From a virus (taxonomy: Duplodnaviria > Heunggongvirae > Uroviricota > Caudoviricetes), in IMG/VR virus record IMGVR_UViG_3300009193_000001: a DNA stretch of 32,311 bases; one strand, written 5' to 3'. Positions 5,645 through 13,775 of the stretch are shown one piece after another. The position numbers were made by a program, and so were the translations under genes. The notes beneath the pieces are model-generated. The model did no database searches, was not told where the DNA came from, and worked only from the letters and a program-made list of their open reading frames with translations. Numbering within the stretch: position 1 is the stretch's first letter; every line of letters starts with the position of its first letter.

Positions 5645-8032
5645 ATGAATCAATTTACACAGAGAGATTTCGAAGAATATACATCACAGTTGGGTACAGA
5701 AAAGATTATGTGTGCGGCAGACGATGCATCGAAAGATTTTGAGTCGAACCACTTAAAGAAAATCGTCAAAGAAATGATTGAGCCATTCGGTGATTACATC
5801 AACGAGAGAGCGAAATTAGAAGAGAAAAATTACACTAAGGGTCCGAAGCCATTAATATTAAAATTATTAAAATCTGACGCTCTGGTGAACTCTCGTAAGA
5901 ACGATAAGACTATCACTCCGTTACAGTTGAGCTTTATCACGACTAAAATAGTAATATCGTCGATTCGATGTAATGATGAGAACACCAAAGAGACCTATAC
6001 CGCAAGCAAAATTGGTAAAGAAATCAATTTGAATTTGTGTCATGAATTTAGATTATCTGAAGGTGAAGTAGTCAAGTATGGTGCGTTCATGGTGCGTTAT
6101 TTTGCTGAAGCATTTCCACAATATGTTAGCGTGGATATGAGCTATGAAGATAGAAAATCTAAGTGGCAAGAGAAGCAACTAATACCGACCCAATTGTACC
6201 TCGATACGGTAGCAAACAACATTGAAACTTTAGCTGAATTATCTATCGTAACTTTTCCTATGGTTGAGAAGCCGATGGACTGGACAACCGATGGTAGCGA
6301 TGGTGGTTATTACACAGAAATTTATAAACGTAACATCATTAAAAAGCGTCAGGTTGGCGAAGATGCTGGTATCAATACTAATATTTCTAGTGCCGTTAAT
6401 TTAATCCAAAGCACACCATGGGAATTGAACTTGGATATTATTCATATCGTTGATGATTTGAATAAAACTAAGCCAGAAAGTTTAAAGAAAGTTTTCCCGT
6501 TGGTTGTGGAAAAAACACCAGCTAAACCGTTCCCTGATGTTTTGTATCCTGACATGGATGAAGACCAACTCAAAATTCATCGTCAATGGTCATCTCTTGA
6601 GAAGAAACTCAAGAAGGATAGACAGGCTAAGATATCTGTCGATTTGGCGCGAGAGGGTGCATTAAGACAGGCTAAGTTCTTCATACATGATACTAAATTT
6701 CATAAAGGTAAACTATGGTTTCCACATGATTTAGATTACCGTATCAGAACATATAACAAGTCGATGACCGGACTAAACACCCAAGGTGCAGACTTCCAAA
6801 AAGGTATGATTAAGTTTGCGAATAAGCATGCAGTAACTACCGATAATGGAATCAAATGGCTCAAGATAAATATGGCCAACTTGATTGGTTTCGATAAACT
6901 AAACTTAGCTGAGCGTATACAGAAATGTAATGAGCATGAAGGGTTAATTCGTGAAGTTGTTAAGAACCCGTACAAGTGCACTGAATGGCATAAGTGGGAT
7001 AAACCAGTACAAGGTTTAGCTGCAGCGATTGAGTACGTTAAATGGCTCGATAACGACCAAGCATTGCTACAAACCCATGTACAATTAGATGGATTATGTA
7101 ACGGTGTGCAAAATTTGGCAGCGTTAACTCGTGACCATTTAGTTGCGCCACATGTTGGTTTAATCTGGACACCAGAACGTGGTGATGTTTATGGTTATGT
7201 AAATAACTCAGTGATTGACCGTATAACGCCTCTAGGATGTCGTATGAGCGACGAATGGCTACGTTCCGAGCTAATGACTCGCGGACTAACTAAAACGCCA
7301 GTAATGACTCGCTCATACGGTGCAACGATATATGGCATCAAAGATGGTTGTAAAGAATATATCGAAGACCAAGGTAAGGCCGCACATTTTGAAGATTTGT
7401 TTAAGGCTGGTAATTGGATGGGGGAACGTATATGGGAATCGATGGAAGGTAGCTTAGCCGGACCTATGTCATTCATGGAGTGGGCGCAGAAATGTGCTGG
7501 TATATTGGCCAAAGCTAATTTACCTTTACCGTGGACTAATCCAGCGTTGGCTAAGTGTTTACAATCACCATTCGAGACTAAACGTAAAGAAATTAAAGTC
7601 AAGATTAATGGCCAAGCACAATCTTATTATATCATGAAGCATACTAATAAGATTGCTCGTGCAAAATCAGAATCGAGTAGTTCACCAAACATGATTCATT
7701 CGTGTGATGGTAGCCATTTGATTGGCACAACTAATAGATGTGAAGTTAAAGGCATTCGTGATTTTGCGATGGTACATGATAGCTTCGGTACTATACCGGA
7801 CCACGCTGAAGGGCTATTAGATAGCACTAAAGATGCATGGGTAGACCAGTACAGTGAAGATTGGATTTTACGTTGGTATCATGAATGGGTAGACTTTGCG
7901 ATTTCTAAAGGTAAGCCTGAAGTAGCTGCAGCAATACCACACCCATATAAAGAAGACGATGACGGTAAATTTGTTATCGTTGGTACACTTGATATTGAAG
8001 CTGTAAGAAAATCTGATTTTTTCTTTGCATAA
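5645..8032 (+). CDS. T7/T3-type single-subunit DNA-dependent RNA polymerase
   Basis: 795 aa; DLDYRIRTY, motif A QLDGLCNGVQ, motif B RGLTKTPVMTRSYG, PNMIHSCDGSHL, motif C VHDSFGT, C-terminal DFFFA. Confidence 0.96.
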   Translation: MNQFTQRDFEEYTSQLGTEKIMCAADDASKDFESNHLKKIVKEMIEPFGDYINERAKLEEKNYTKGPKPLILKLLKSDALVNSRKNDKTITPLQLSFITTKIVISSIRCNDENTKETYTASKIGKEINLNLCHEFRLSEGEVVKYGAFMVRYFAEAFPQYVSVDMSYEDRKSKWQEKQLIPTQLYLDTVANNIETLAELSIVTFPMVEKPMDWTTDGSDGGYYTEIYKRNIIKKRQVGEDAGINTNISSAVNLIQSTPWELNLDIIHIVDDLNKTKPESLKKVFPLVVEKTPAKPFPDVLYPDMDEDQLKIHRQWSSLEKKLKKDRQAKISVDLAREGALRQAKFFIHDTKFHKGKLWFPHDLDYRIRTYNKSMTGLNTQGADFQKGMIKFANKHAVTTDNGIKWLKINMANLIGFDKLNLAERIQKCNEHEGLIREVVKNPYKCTEWHKWDKPVQGLAAAIEYVKWLDNDQALLQTHVQLDGLCNGVQNLAALTRDHLVAPHVGLIWTPERGDVYGYVNNSVIDRITPLGCRMSDEWLRSELMTRGLTKTPVMTRSYGATIYGIKDGCKEYIEDQGKAAHFEDLFKAGNWMGERIWESMEGSLAGPMSFMEWAQKCAGILAKANLPLPWTNPALAKCLQSPFETKRKEIKVKINGQAQSYYIMKHTNKIARAKSESSSSPNMIHSCDGSHLIGTTNRCEVKGIRDFAMVHDSFGTIPDHAEGLLDSTKDAWVDQYSEDWILRWYHEWVDFAISKGKPEVAAAIPHPYKEDDDGKFVIVGTLDIEAVRKSDFFFA

Positions 8033-8036
8033 AGTG

Positions 8037-8072
8037 TTGACATCATATTGGTGCCATGTATAATGGCTCCAA
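8037..8072 (+). promoter_or_regulatory. Sigma70 promoter with stem-loop over -10 (PeSL-like)
   Basis: TTGACA-16-TATAAT; arms TTGGTGCCAT/ATGGCTCCAA. Confidence 0.8.
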
Positions 8073-8093
8073 GATAAACAAACGGAGAAAGTT

Positions 8094-8399
8094 ATGTATT
8101 CATCAAACACACAATTCACTAAAGAAGTTGGTATGGTTTTAGTTGAGCAGTACGAATATATCGAGTCAGAAGGACCACCATGGGGTTCGGTTGAGTATAC
8201 GTTTAAAGATTTCACAAAAAACGATTTGACAGAGTTTGTAGAACGATATAAACTTATCGAAATCAAGTCGGGATTGTGTTGTGATTATGCTTACGCAATA
8301 AATGAACTACACTGCATCAAGGGCGATGAGGTTGCATCATACGACGAAGATGCACAAACATTAACAATTTTTGGTTGGTCTATACAGGGGATAAAATAA
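8094..8399 (+). CDS. Hypothetical protein
   Basis: 101 aa, GGAG RBS, directly after a promoter. Confidence 0.75.
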   Translation: MYSSNTQFTKEVGMVLVEQYEYIESEGPPWGSVEYTFKDFTKNDLTEFVERYKLIEIKSGLCCDYAYAINELHCIKGDEVASYDEDAQTLTIFGWSIQGIK

Positions 8400-8875
8400 T
8401 GATTACAGAAGAAGGTAAAACTAAAGAAGTTGAAACTACAGGCCGTGCGTTTTTTATGGAACACTTAGCCAACCGTGCACAATTACGTGGCTTCAATAAA
8501 ATCGTTCGAACCAGAACCAGAACACATAATGATTGTGGTCAGAAGTTCTTATTCGAAAAACATTTTAACGGTGGCTCACAATATATGGGTCATGCGTACC
8601 AATGTAACCATGGTTTAGATTATTCGATTAATCGTGTTGGTGATTTGTTCCTTAATGCGTGTCAATTGGCATTAGAGGCAGATAGTAATAAATCTGTATA
8701 TGTTAGGATATATGTTCGCTTCAACGCGAAAGAATGTAACTTAGCAAACACCACAGTGGAAAAAGCCATGGCCGACCACTGGAAAGCAAGAACGGCTTTG
8801 ATTGCAAAACAGGAACTATTCGATTGCATCAAGCCAGATAACTTAACATTTAAGCTATTTATCGTAACTGATTAA
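8399..8875 (+). CDS. Hypothetical protein
   Basis: Start moved to 8399 (TAATG coupling, AGGGG RBS); 158 aa. Confidence 0.75.
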   Translation: MITEEGKTKEVETTGRAFFMEHLANRAQLRGFNKIVRTRTRTHNDCGQKFLFEKHFNGGSQYMGHAYQCNHGLDYSINRVGDLFLNACQLALEADSNKSVYVRIYVRFNAKECNLANTTVEKAMADHWKARTALIAKQELFDCIKPDNLTFKLFIVTD

Positions 8876-8885
8876 GGAAAATATT

Positions 8886-8966
8886 ATGTTTACTAATTTA
8901 TTATATTGGTTTAGAATGAAACGACTTTGCTTCATACATAGAAAACAACGAGCAGAACGAAATAAA
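8886..8966 (+). CDS. Small basic hypothetical peptide (26 aa)
   Basis: MFTNLLYWFRMKRLCFIHRKQRAERK; AAGGA RBS; fills the gap before the next promoter. Confidence 0.5.
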
Positions 8967-8987
8967 GAAATAAAACAAAATAAGTAG

Positions 8988-9026
8988 TTGACATCATCTT
9001 GGGGTCATGTATAATGGCTCCAAGAT
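8988..9026 (+). promoter_or_regulatory. Sigma70 promoter with stem-loop over -10 (PeSL-like)
   Basis: TTGACA-16-TATAAT; 13-bp arms 8996-9008/9014-9026 with two G-T pairs; near copy of the 8037 cassette. Confidence 0.8.
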
Positions 9027-9044
9027 AAACAAACAGAGAAAATT

Positions 9045-9233
9045 ATGAAATTACATGACCAAGTATTACACTTAAAGAAAATGGTAGCCGAGCAAGAAGA
9101 CCAGAATAATGAGCTTCGTCGGTACTTAAACTCAAGTAAGTTTCATATCGATAAAACTGTGCAAGTATCAGATTTGTTCTTGCGTTTAGATGAAGGTAAG
9201 CGTACAATGGACGCATTAGCGGAGCATTTATAA
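9045..9233 (+). CDS. Hypothetical protein
   Basis: 62 aa after a promoter and RBS. Confidence 0.7.
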   Translation: MKLHDQVLHLKKMVAEQEDQNNELRRYLNSSKFHIDKTVQVSDLFLRLDEGKRTMDALAEHL

Positions 9234-9610
9234 TGTTTACAATTAAAGGCGCACACAAAGATATAATCGACCGTATATTATTCCATAAAAAAGACCGAGT
9301 TTTTGGTTTGCGTGAGGTTACATTGGAATTGGCGAACTCAAGTAAAGAAGACATTATCGCAGCACTAACCGCTACGAACAATTTTAAATTTGAAACATAT
9401 AGTGGTGATTGTAATGACAGTATCGACGTCGACCTTGTAACTTATAGGGAAATGACCGATAAAGAGAAGTCAGAAAAGGACGAAACGATAGAACGATGTC
9501 TTCGTTATAATATGCGAAAATTGCAAGAAGCTTGCGACCGAACTACCGAGAATAACGAGCAAATAAAATCATATATTTCTAGACATAATCTAGATATTGT
9601 ATTAAACTAG
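9233..9610 (+). CDS. Hypothetical protein
   Basis: 125 aa, TAATG coupling, GGAG RBS. Confidence 0.75.
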   Translation: MFTIKGAHKDIIDRILFHKKDRVFGLREVTLELANSSKEDIIAALTATNNFKFETYSGDCNDSIDVDLVTYREMTDKEKSEKDETIERCLRYNMRKLQEACDRTTENNEQIKSYISRHNLDIVLN

Positions 9611-9624
9611 CGGAGAAAAAAATA

Positions 9625-9861
9625 ATGGCAATAACTATATCACCATACCAAGTAATAAAGCTCGATGGCGTCACAATAAATGATGTAAAATACTGCGACG
9701 AGCTTGAACGTCATTATGTTGAACATCGTGGCACTAATTATATAGTAGATGAATATACTTTACCACAAACCGACGCGTTTACATTTACTGTGGTGTTGGT
9801 GGAAAATCCAAAATGTGATTTTTCTGGTGTTGGCGTAGTTCGGAGTATAAAATGTTATTAA
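9625..9861 (+). CDS. Hypothetical protein
   Basis: 78 aa, GGAG RBS. Confidence 0.7.
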   Translation: MAITISPYQVIKLDGVTINDVKYCDELERHYVEHRGTNYIVDEYTLPQTDAFTFTVVLVENPKCDFSGVGVVRSIKCY

Positions 9862-9921
9862 GACACCATATAATATCCAAATTACATCTTAAATTTGGTA
9901 TATACATCAAGCCAGAGTTTA

Positions 9922-9930
9922 TGCTATAAT
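9922..9930 (+). promoter_or_regulatory. Extended -10 promoter
   Basis: TG-C-TATAAT exact extended -10 consensus; no clear -35. Confidence 0.6.
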
Positions 9931-9936
9931 TCACAC

Positions 9937-10297
9937 ACTCGATGTTTGTTGGTGAATCTAGAAGTTTTAGAACTGGACTGCATAAGATTACAATAACTAG
10001 GTCTGAGATATGGCCGATGCATTATACGATAACCTAAAAGGTTGTTCGTTCAAATCATATTCAAAGAGTATGATTTGAACGGGCTATCTAACTAATAGCT
10101 AGTCGGGTAGTGCCGATGATGGGAAGTGGGCTTGTTACCCACAAAACACTAGGTTGTCCTAACCGTGATAGGAACATGACGAGGCATGAAGTGTATGGCT
10201 GGAGCGAAACCAGAAATGGTGGTTTACTGTGAAGCATATGTGATATTGATATGTGGAGTATCGGGGGAGCTGGGAAGCGGTGCTCACAACCTCCCAA
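9937..10297 (+). ncRNA. Putative ~360-nt structured RNA with its own promoter
   Basis: No long ORF; 13-bp perfect hairpin 10047-10059/10069-10081 extended by G-U pairs on the plus strand, plus GTGGG/CCCAC, TCCTA/TAGGA, CTGG/CCAG, CATAT/ATATG and GGGAG/CTCCC stems. Confidence 0.55.
9942..10037 (+). CDS. 31-aa near-leaderless ORF resembling the UvsX Walker A segment
   Basis: MFVGESRSFRTGLHKITITRSEIWPMHYTIT versus UvsX MLAGESRSFKTGF; no RBS, so translation is unproven. Confidence 0.4.
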   Translation: MFVGESRSFRTGLHKITITRSEIWPMHYTIT

Positions 10298-10304
10298 ATA
10301 ATTC

Positions 10305-10342
10305 TTGACAGAGTTATTTGGTTAGTTTAGAATTAACCAAAT
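10305..10342 (+). promoter_or_regulatory. Sigma70 promoter with stem-loop over -10 (PeSL-like)
   Basis: TTGACA-17-TAGAAT; perfect arms ATTTGGTTA/TAACCAAAT. Confidence 0.8.
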
Positions 10343-10384
10343 CGCTTTGATTTAAACAACTTAACTATATTATTGGAGAAAAAT

Positions 10385-10756
10385 ATGAACTTATTATCAT
10401 TGATTACTTTAGGCTTATTCGGCAACAAAAAACGTAGCATCAGCGACATCGTAGAAACTTTCACTACGGTCCGTACAGAACTACAAAGTGCAGTGGAAGA
10501 AGCTCAAGAAGCTATCGATACGGCAGCGTTAGATAAAGCCAAAGCAGACGCAGTAGCGGAAGAAGCAATCAAAACCGCAGAAGCTCGTGCATTTGCACTT
10601 ATCGCTAAAGCTAAAGCCGACGCGAAAGTTAGCCAAGGTAAAGCATTAGAAAAACAAGCCAAAGTAATTGAATCTGGTATTACCGAAATTAAGTCGGCCA
10701 AATCATCGATTAAATTAGCCAACCAATGGCTAGAAAAAATTCCATCTATCGACTAA
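10385..10756 (+). CDS. Hypothetical Ala/Lys/Glu-rich coiled-coil protein
   Basis: Start moved to the ATG at 10385 behind GGAG; 123 aa, helical composition. Confidence 0.75.
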   Translation: MNLLSLITLGLFGNKKRSISDIVETFTTVRTELQSAVEEAQEAIDTAALDKAKADAVAEEAIKTAEARAFALIAKAKADAKVSQGKALEKQAKVIESGITEIKSAKSSIKLANQWLEKIPSID

Positions 10757-10782
10757 TAACGAAAACCAAATAATAATTAAAT

Positions 10783-10798
10783 GGACTCTTCGGAGTCC
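10783..10798 (+). terminator. C(UUCG)G tetraloop hairpin; weak terminator or stabilising hairpin
   Basis: GGACTC-TTCG-GAGTCC followed by only TTACT. Confidence 0.5.
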
Positions 10799-10813
10799 TT
10801 ACTGGAGATAAAA

Positions 10814-11467
10814 ATGGCAAGACCACCAAATAAAGACATGTTGGCTGGCAATAAGCACCAATCAACATTTGGTTGGTTTATTATTATAAAATATTCAACA
10901 AGTAAAAATATAGAAATTTTGTTCGACGGTTCGGATAAAACAATGATTACAACCAATGAAAGAATTCGAAGTGGTAATCTAAAGAACCCATCACACAAGT
11001 CAGTGTATGGTGTCGGGTATTTTGGATATGGAGAACATCGAGCAAAAATAGGAAACAGAGATACCAAGGTATATAAAGTTTGGCATGGTATGTTCCAAAG
11101 ATGTTACTCTGATGGATATAAAAATACGTCATATGATGGGTGTATCGTATGTCCAGAATGGCACAATTTCCAGACATTTGCTGTTTGGTTCCATGATAAT
11201 TATATAGCGGGATTCGAATTAGATAAAGATTCAATTGTTGTCGGAAATAAGATTTACTCACCAACAACATGTAAATTTTTAAGTAAAATGGATAATGCGG
11301 CTTTACAATCAGCGTGCAAATACACAGTCCAAATGACTAACGGTATCGAGAGTGTTACATTCACAAACCAAAGAAAATTCTGTATAGAACATAACCTTTG
11401 CCACAAGGCTATAAACGCAGTTATTAAAGGGCGAACAAAACAACATAAACAATGGAGATTATTATAA
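10814..11467 (+). CDS. HNH-type homing endonuclease with NUMOD1-like C-terminus
   Basis: Start moved to 10814 (GGAG RBS); VYGVGY, WHGMFQRCY, VCPEWHNFQTF, LDKD..IYSPTTC; TAATG-coupled to uvsX. Confidence 0.8.
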   Translation: MARPPNKDMLAGNKHQSTFGWFIIIKYSTSKNIEILFDGSDKTMITTNERIRSGNLKNPSHKSVYGVGYFGYGEHRAKIGNRDTKVYKVWHGMFQRCYSDGYKNTSYDGCIVCPEWHNFQTFAVWFHDNYIAGFELDKDSIVVGNKIYSPTTCKFLSKMDNAALQSACKYTVQMTNGIESVTFTNQRKFCIEHNLCHKAINAVIKGRTKQHKQWRLL

Positions 11468-12465
11468 TGGCAAGCGCATTAATGAAAAGAATGATGAAAA
11501 ATAGCACAGTTAATGGTACAGATATATTGGGTGAGTCTAAATATTTTAAACGAAGCTCGATAATGACTTCTATACCTTTACTAAATGTTGCGTTTTCTGG
11601 GGATTTTAATGGTGGTTTAAGCGCAGGTATAACTATGCTCGCTGGCGAGTCACGAAGCTTCAAGACTGGGTTTTTAATTCAATTAGCACTAGCGTTCCAA
11701 ACTAAACATAAAGATGGAATTGTATTGTTTTATGATAGTGAATATAGCTCACTAGAATATTGGATTTCCGCTGGCATCGATATGAATCGAGTATTGCATG
11801 TTCCAATAGAAACAGTCGAAGAACTCAAAATCGACATCACCCAACAACTAAACGACATAGAAGAATCTGAGCATGTTATGGTTGTTATCGATTCCATTGG
11901 TGGATTGGCTAGCGCAAAAGAAGCTCAAGACGCAGAAGATGGTAAGTCTACAGTGGATATGTCTAGAGCCAAGGCAATGGCTAGTTTGTTCCGTATTATT
12001 ACCCCTAAGCTAAACAAGCGAGATATACCATTAGTACTCATCAATTCATTCTACGAAACGATTGAGATGTACAGTAAGCGAGTTTATGGTGGTGGTAAGA
12101 AGATATTCTTAGCTTCCGATGACGTATGGTTTATTTCTAGAGCACAAGACAAAGAAGGTAAAGATTTGGTTGGTTACAACTTCACCCTAAATATCGATAA
12201 GTCTCGTACCATCAAAGAAGGTAGCAAATTCCCAATAAATGTCACATGGGTCGATGGTATAGATAAATACTCAGGTTTATATGAATTGGCCAAAGAATTT
12301 GGTGCTCTTCAGGTTGCTGGTGCGTGGGTTAAAGTTATGGACTTATCGACAGGTGAACTGTCGGGCAACAAACGTGCAGCAGCCATCGGTAGTGAATTTT
12401 ATGATGAGTTATTAAAGCACCAACCGTTCGTAGATTTCGTCAAAAATAAATATTGTTTAAACTAG
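11467..12465 (+). CDS. uvsX: T4 UvsX-like RecA-family recombinase
   Basis: AGESRSFKT P-loop, LFYDSE, IDSIGGLAS, DMSRAK, LFRIITP, KSRTIKEGSKF, as in T4 UvsX; start moved to 11467. Confidence 0.95.
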   Translation: MASALMKRMMKNSTVNGTDILGESKYFKRSSIMTSIPLLNVAFSGDFNGGLSAGITMLAGESRSFKTGFLIQLALAFQTKHKDGIVLFYDSEYSSLEYWISAGIDMNRVLHVPIETVEELKIDITQQLNDIEESEHVMVVIDSIGGLASAKEAQDAEDGKSTVDMSRAKAMASLFRIITPKLNKRDIPLVLINSFYETIEMYSKRVYGGGKKIFLASDDVWFISRAQDKEGKDLVGYNFTLNIDKSRTIKEGSKFPINVTWVDGIDKYSGLYELAKEFGALQVAGAWVKVMDLSTGELSGNKRAAAIGSEFYDELLKHQPFVDFVKNKYCLN

Positions 12466-12474
12466 GAGAAAATT

Positions 12475-12843
12475 ATGTCAAGTATGTATACTAAAATATA
12501 TGTAATTATGATTGCAGCGTTCATTACTTTTGTATTATCAATCAAAGCGATTGTGTCTGTATCTACGTTAGATAGCGTAACTATAACACCAACTAGAGTA
12601 TTCGAAAAATTTAGTGGTGGTGAGGATGGCTCCACAACTTATATGATGGACGCCAAAACACCTTATGGTGAATATGTTGAATATAAATTGGATGACAATA
12701 TTATATTCTTACACTTCGACTCCGGTAGACTAAAGAACCAATTACATGATAATATAGGTAACGAAATTACATGCCGAACTACTGGTTGGCGAGTCCCTTT
12801 CTTGTCGATGTATGAAAATATACATAAATGTGAATTTAATTAA
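12475..12843 (+). CDS. Membrane-anchored hypothetical protein, possibly DUF1523-like
   Basis: Hydrophobic N-terminus; C-terminal GWRVPFLSMYENI. Confidence 0.6.
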   Translation: MSSMYTKIYVIMIAAFITFVLSIKAIVSVSTLDSVTITPTRVFEKFSGGEDGSTTYMMDAKTPYGEYVEYKLDDNIIFLHFDSGRLKNQLHDNIGNEITCRTTGWRVPFLSMYENIHKCEFN

Positions 12844-12852
12844 ATCCTTTAG

Positions 12853-12888
12853 TTGACTTTACACTGGAACCTAGTAAAATAGGTTCCA
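12853..12888 (+). promoter_or_regulatory. Sigma70 promoter with stem-loop over -10 (PeSL-like)
   Basis: TTGACT-16-TAAAAT; perfect arms TGGAACCTA/TAGGTTCCA. Confidence 0.8.
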
Positions 12889-12917
12889 ACATAAAGTTAA
12901 TCAGACGGAGCAACCAC

Positions 12918-13763
12918 ATGAAAGGTTTCATTGAAGTAAGTTATAACGAATTATTATATACATCGGCTATGGTAGATACTAAAGTATTTTCTGGTGGTGA
13001 AGTTAATATAAAAGTCCCAAATAGTAAAATCCCATATGTAACTAGCGCAAATATTGTTGCGACAATCCATGATACAGAAATGCTAATGGCGTTATTACAA
13101 ACAGTCGACGCATTACGCATCAAATATAACAAGCTGGAAAAAATTGAGCTTATTATGCCTTATGCACCATACGCAAGACAGGACCGTGTTTGCAATGATG
13201 GTGAGAGTTTATCTTGTAAAGTGTTCGCCAACTTAATCAATAGTTGTGATTTTAATAGAGTGTCTATAGTAGACGCACACAGCGACGTTCTACCAGCACT
13301 AATCAACAACTGCACTAATCTGGACGTATTATCGGTTATTAATCGAATAGAGCCACTTAGACGAAGCCTACAGGCTAAAGAATATGTTATTTGTGCACCA
13401 GACTTCGGTTCTACCAAGAAAGTAGAAAAGGTAGCCAAAGCATTCAAGCATGAAACAATCATCCAAGGTACAAAGAAACGTGACTTAGCCACTGGTGAGT
13501 TATCCGGTTTTGGTGCATATGGCGATTGTACGGGTAAAGACATCTTAATCATAGATGACATATGTGATGGTGGTGGAACTTTCGTTGGTTTGGCGAAAGT
13601 ACTCAAGACACTTGGCGCTAAATCTGTATCACTTTATATCAGCCATGGAATTTTTTCTCGTGGAATCGATAACTTAGTTGACAACGGTATTGACCATGTG
13701 TATACTACAAACTCAAACGAACAAGCAACACACGATAAATTAACCACATTAGCAATCATATAA
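12918..13763 (+). CDS. prs: Ribose-phosphate pyrophosphokinase-like protein (candidate NARP1 Adps)
   Basis: FSGGE, MPYAPYARQDR, DAHS, APDFG, IIDDICDGGGT, SHGIFS. Confidence 0.92.
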   Translation: MKGFIEVSYNELLYTSAMVDTKVFSGGEVNIKVPNSKIPYVTSANIVATIHDTEMLMALLQTVDALRIKYNKLEKIELIMPYAPYARQDRVCNDGESLSCKVFANLINSCDFNRVSIVDAHSDVLPALINNCTNLDVLSVINRIEPLRRSLQAKEYVICAPDFGSTKKVEKVAKAFKHETIIQGTKKRDLATGELSGFGAYGDCTGKDILIIDDICDGGGTFVGLAKVLKTLGAKSVSLYISHGIFSRGIDNLVDNGIDHVYTTNSNEQATHDKLTTLAII

Positions 13764-13775
13764 TTGGAGAACATT

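Noticed and set aside
9970-10015. Group I intron core (GGACTG and GAGATATGGCC resemble the R and S elements)
   Set aside because: P7 pairing would be weak, there is no room for P3-P6 upstream, and no flanking exons.
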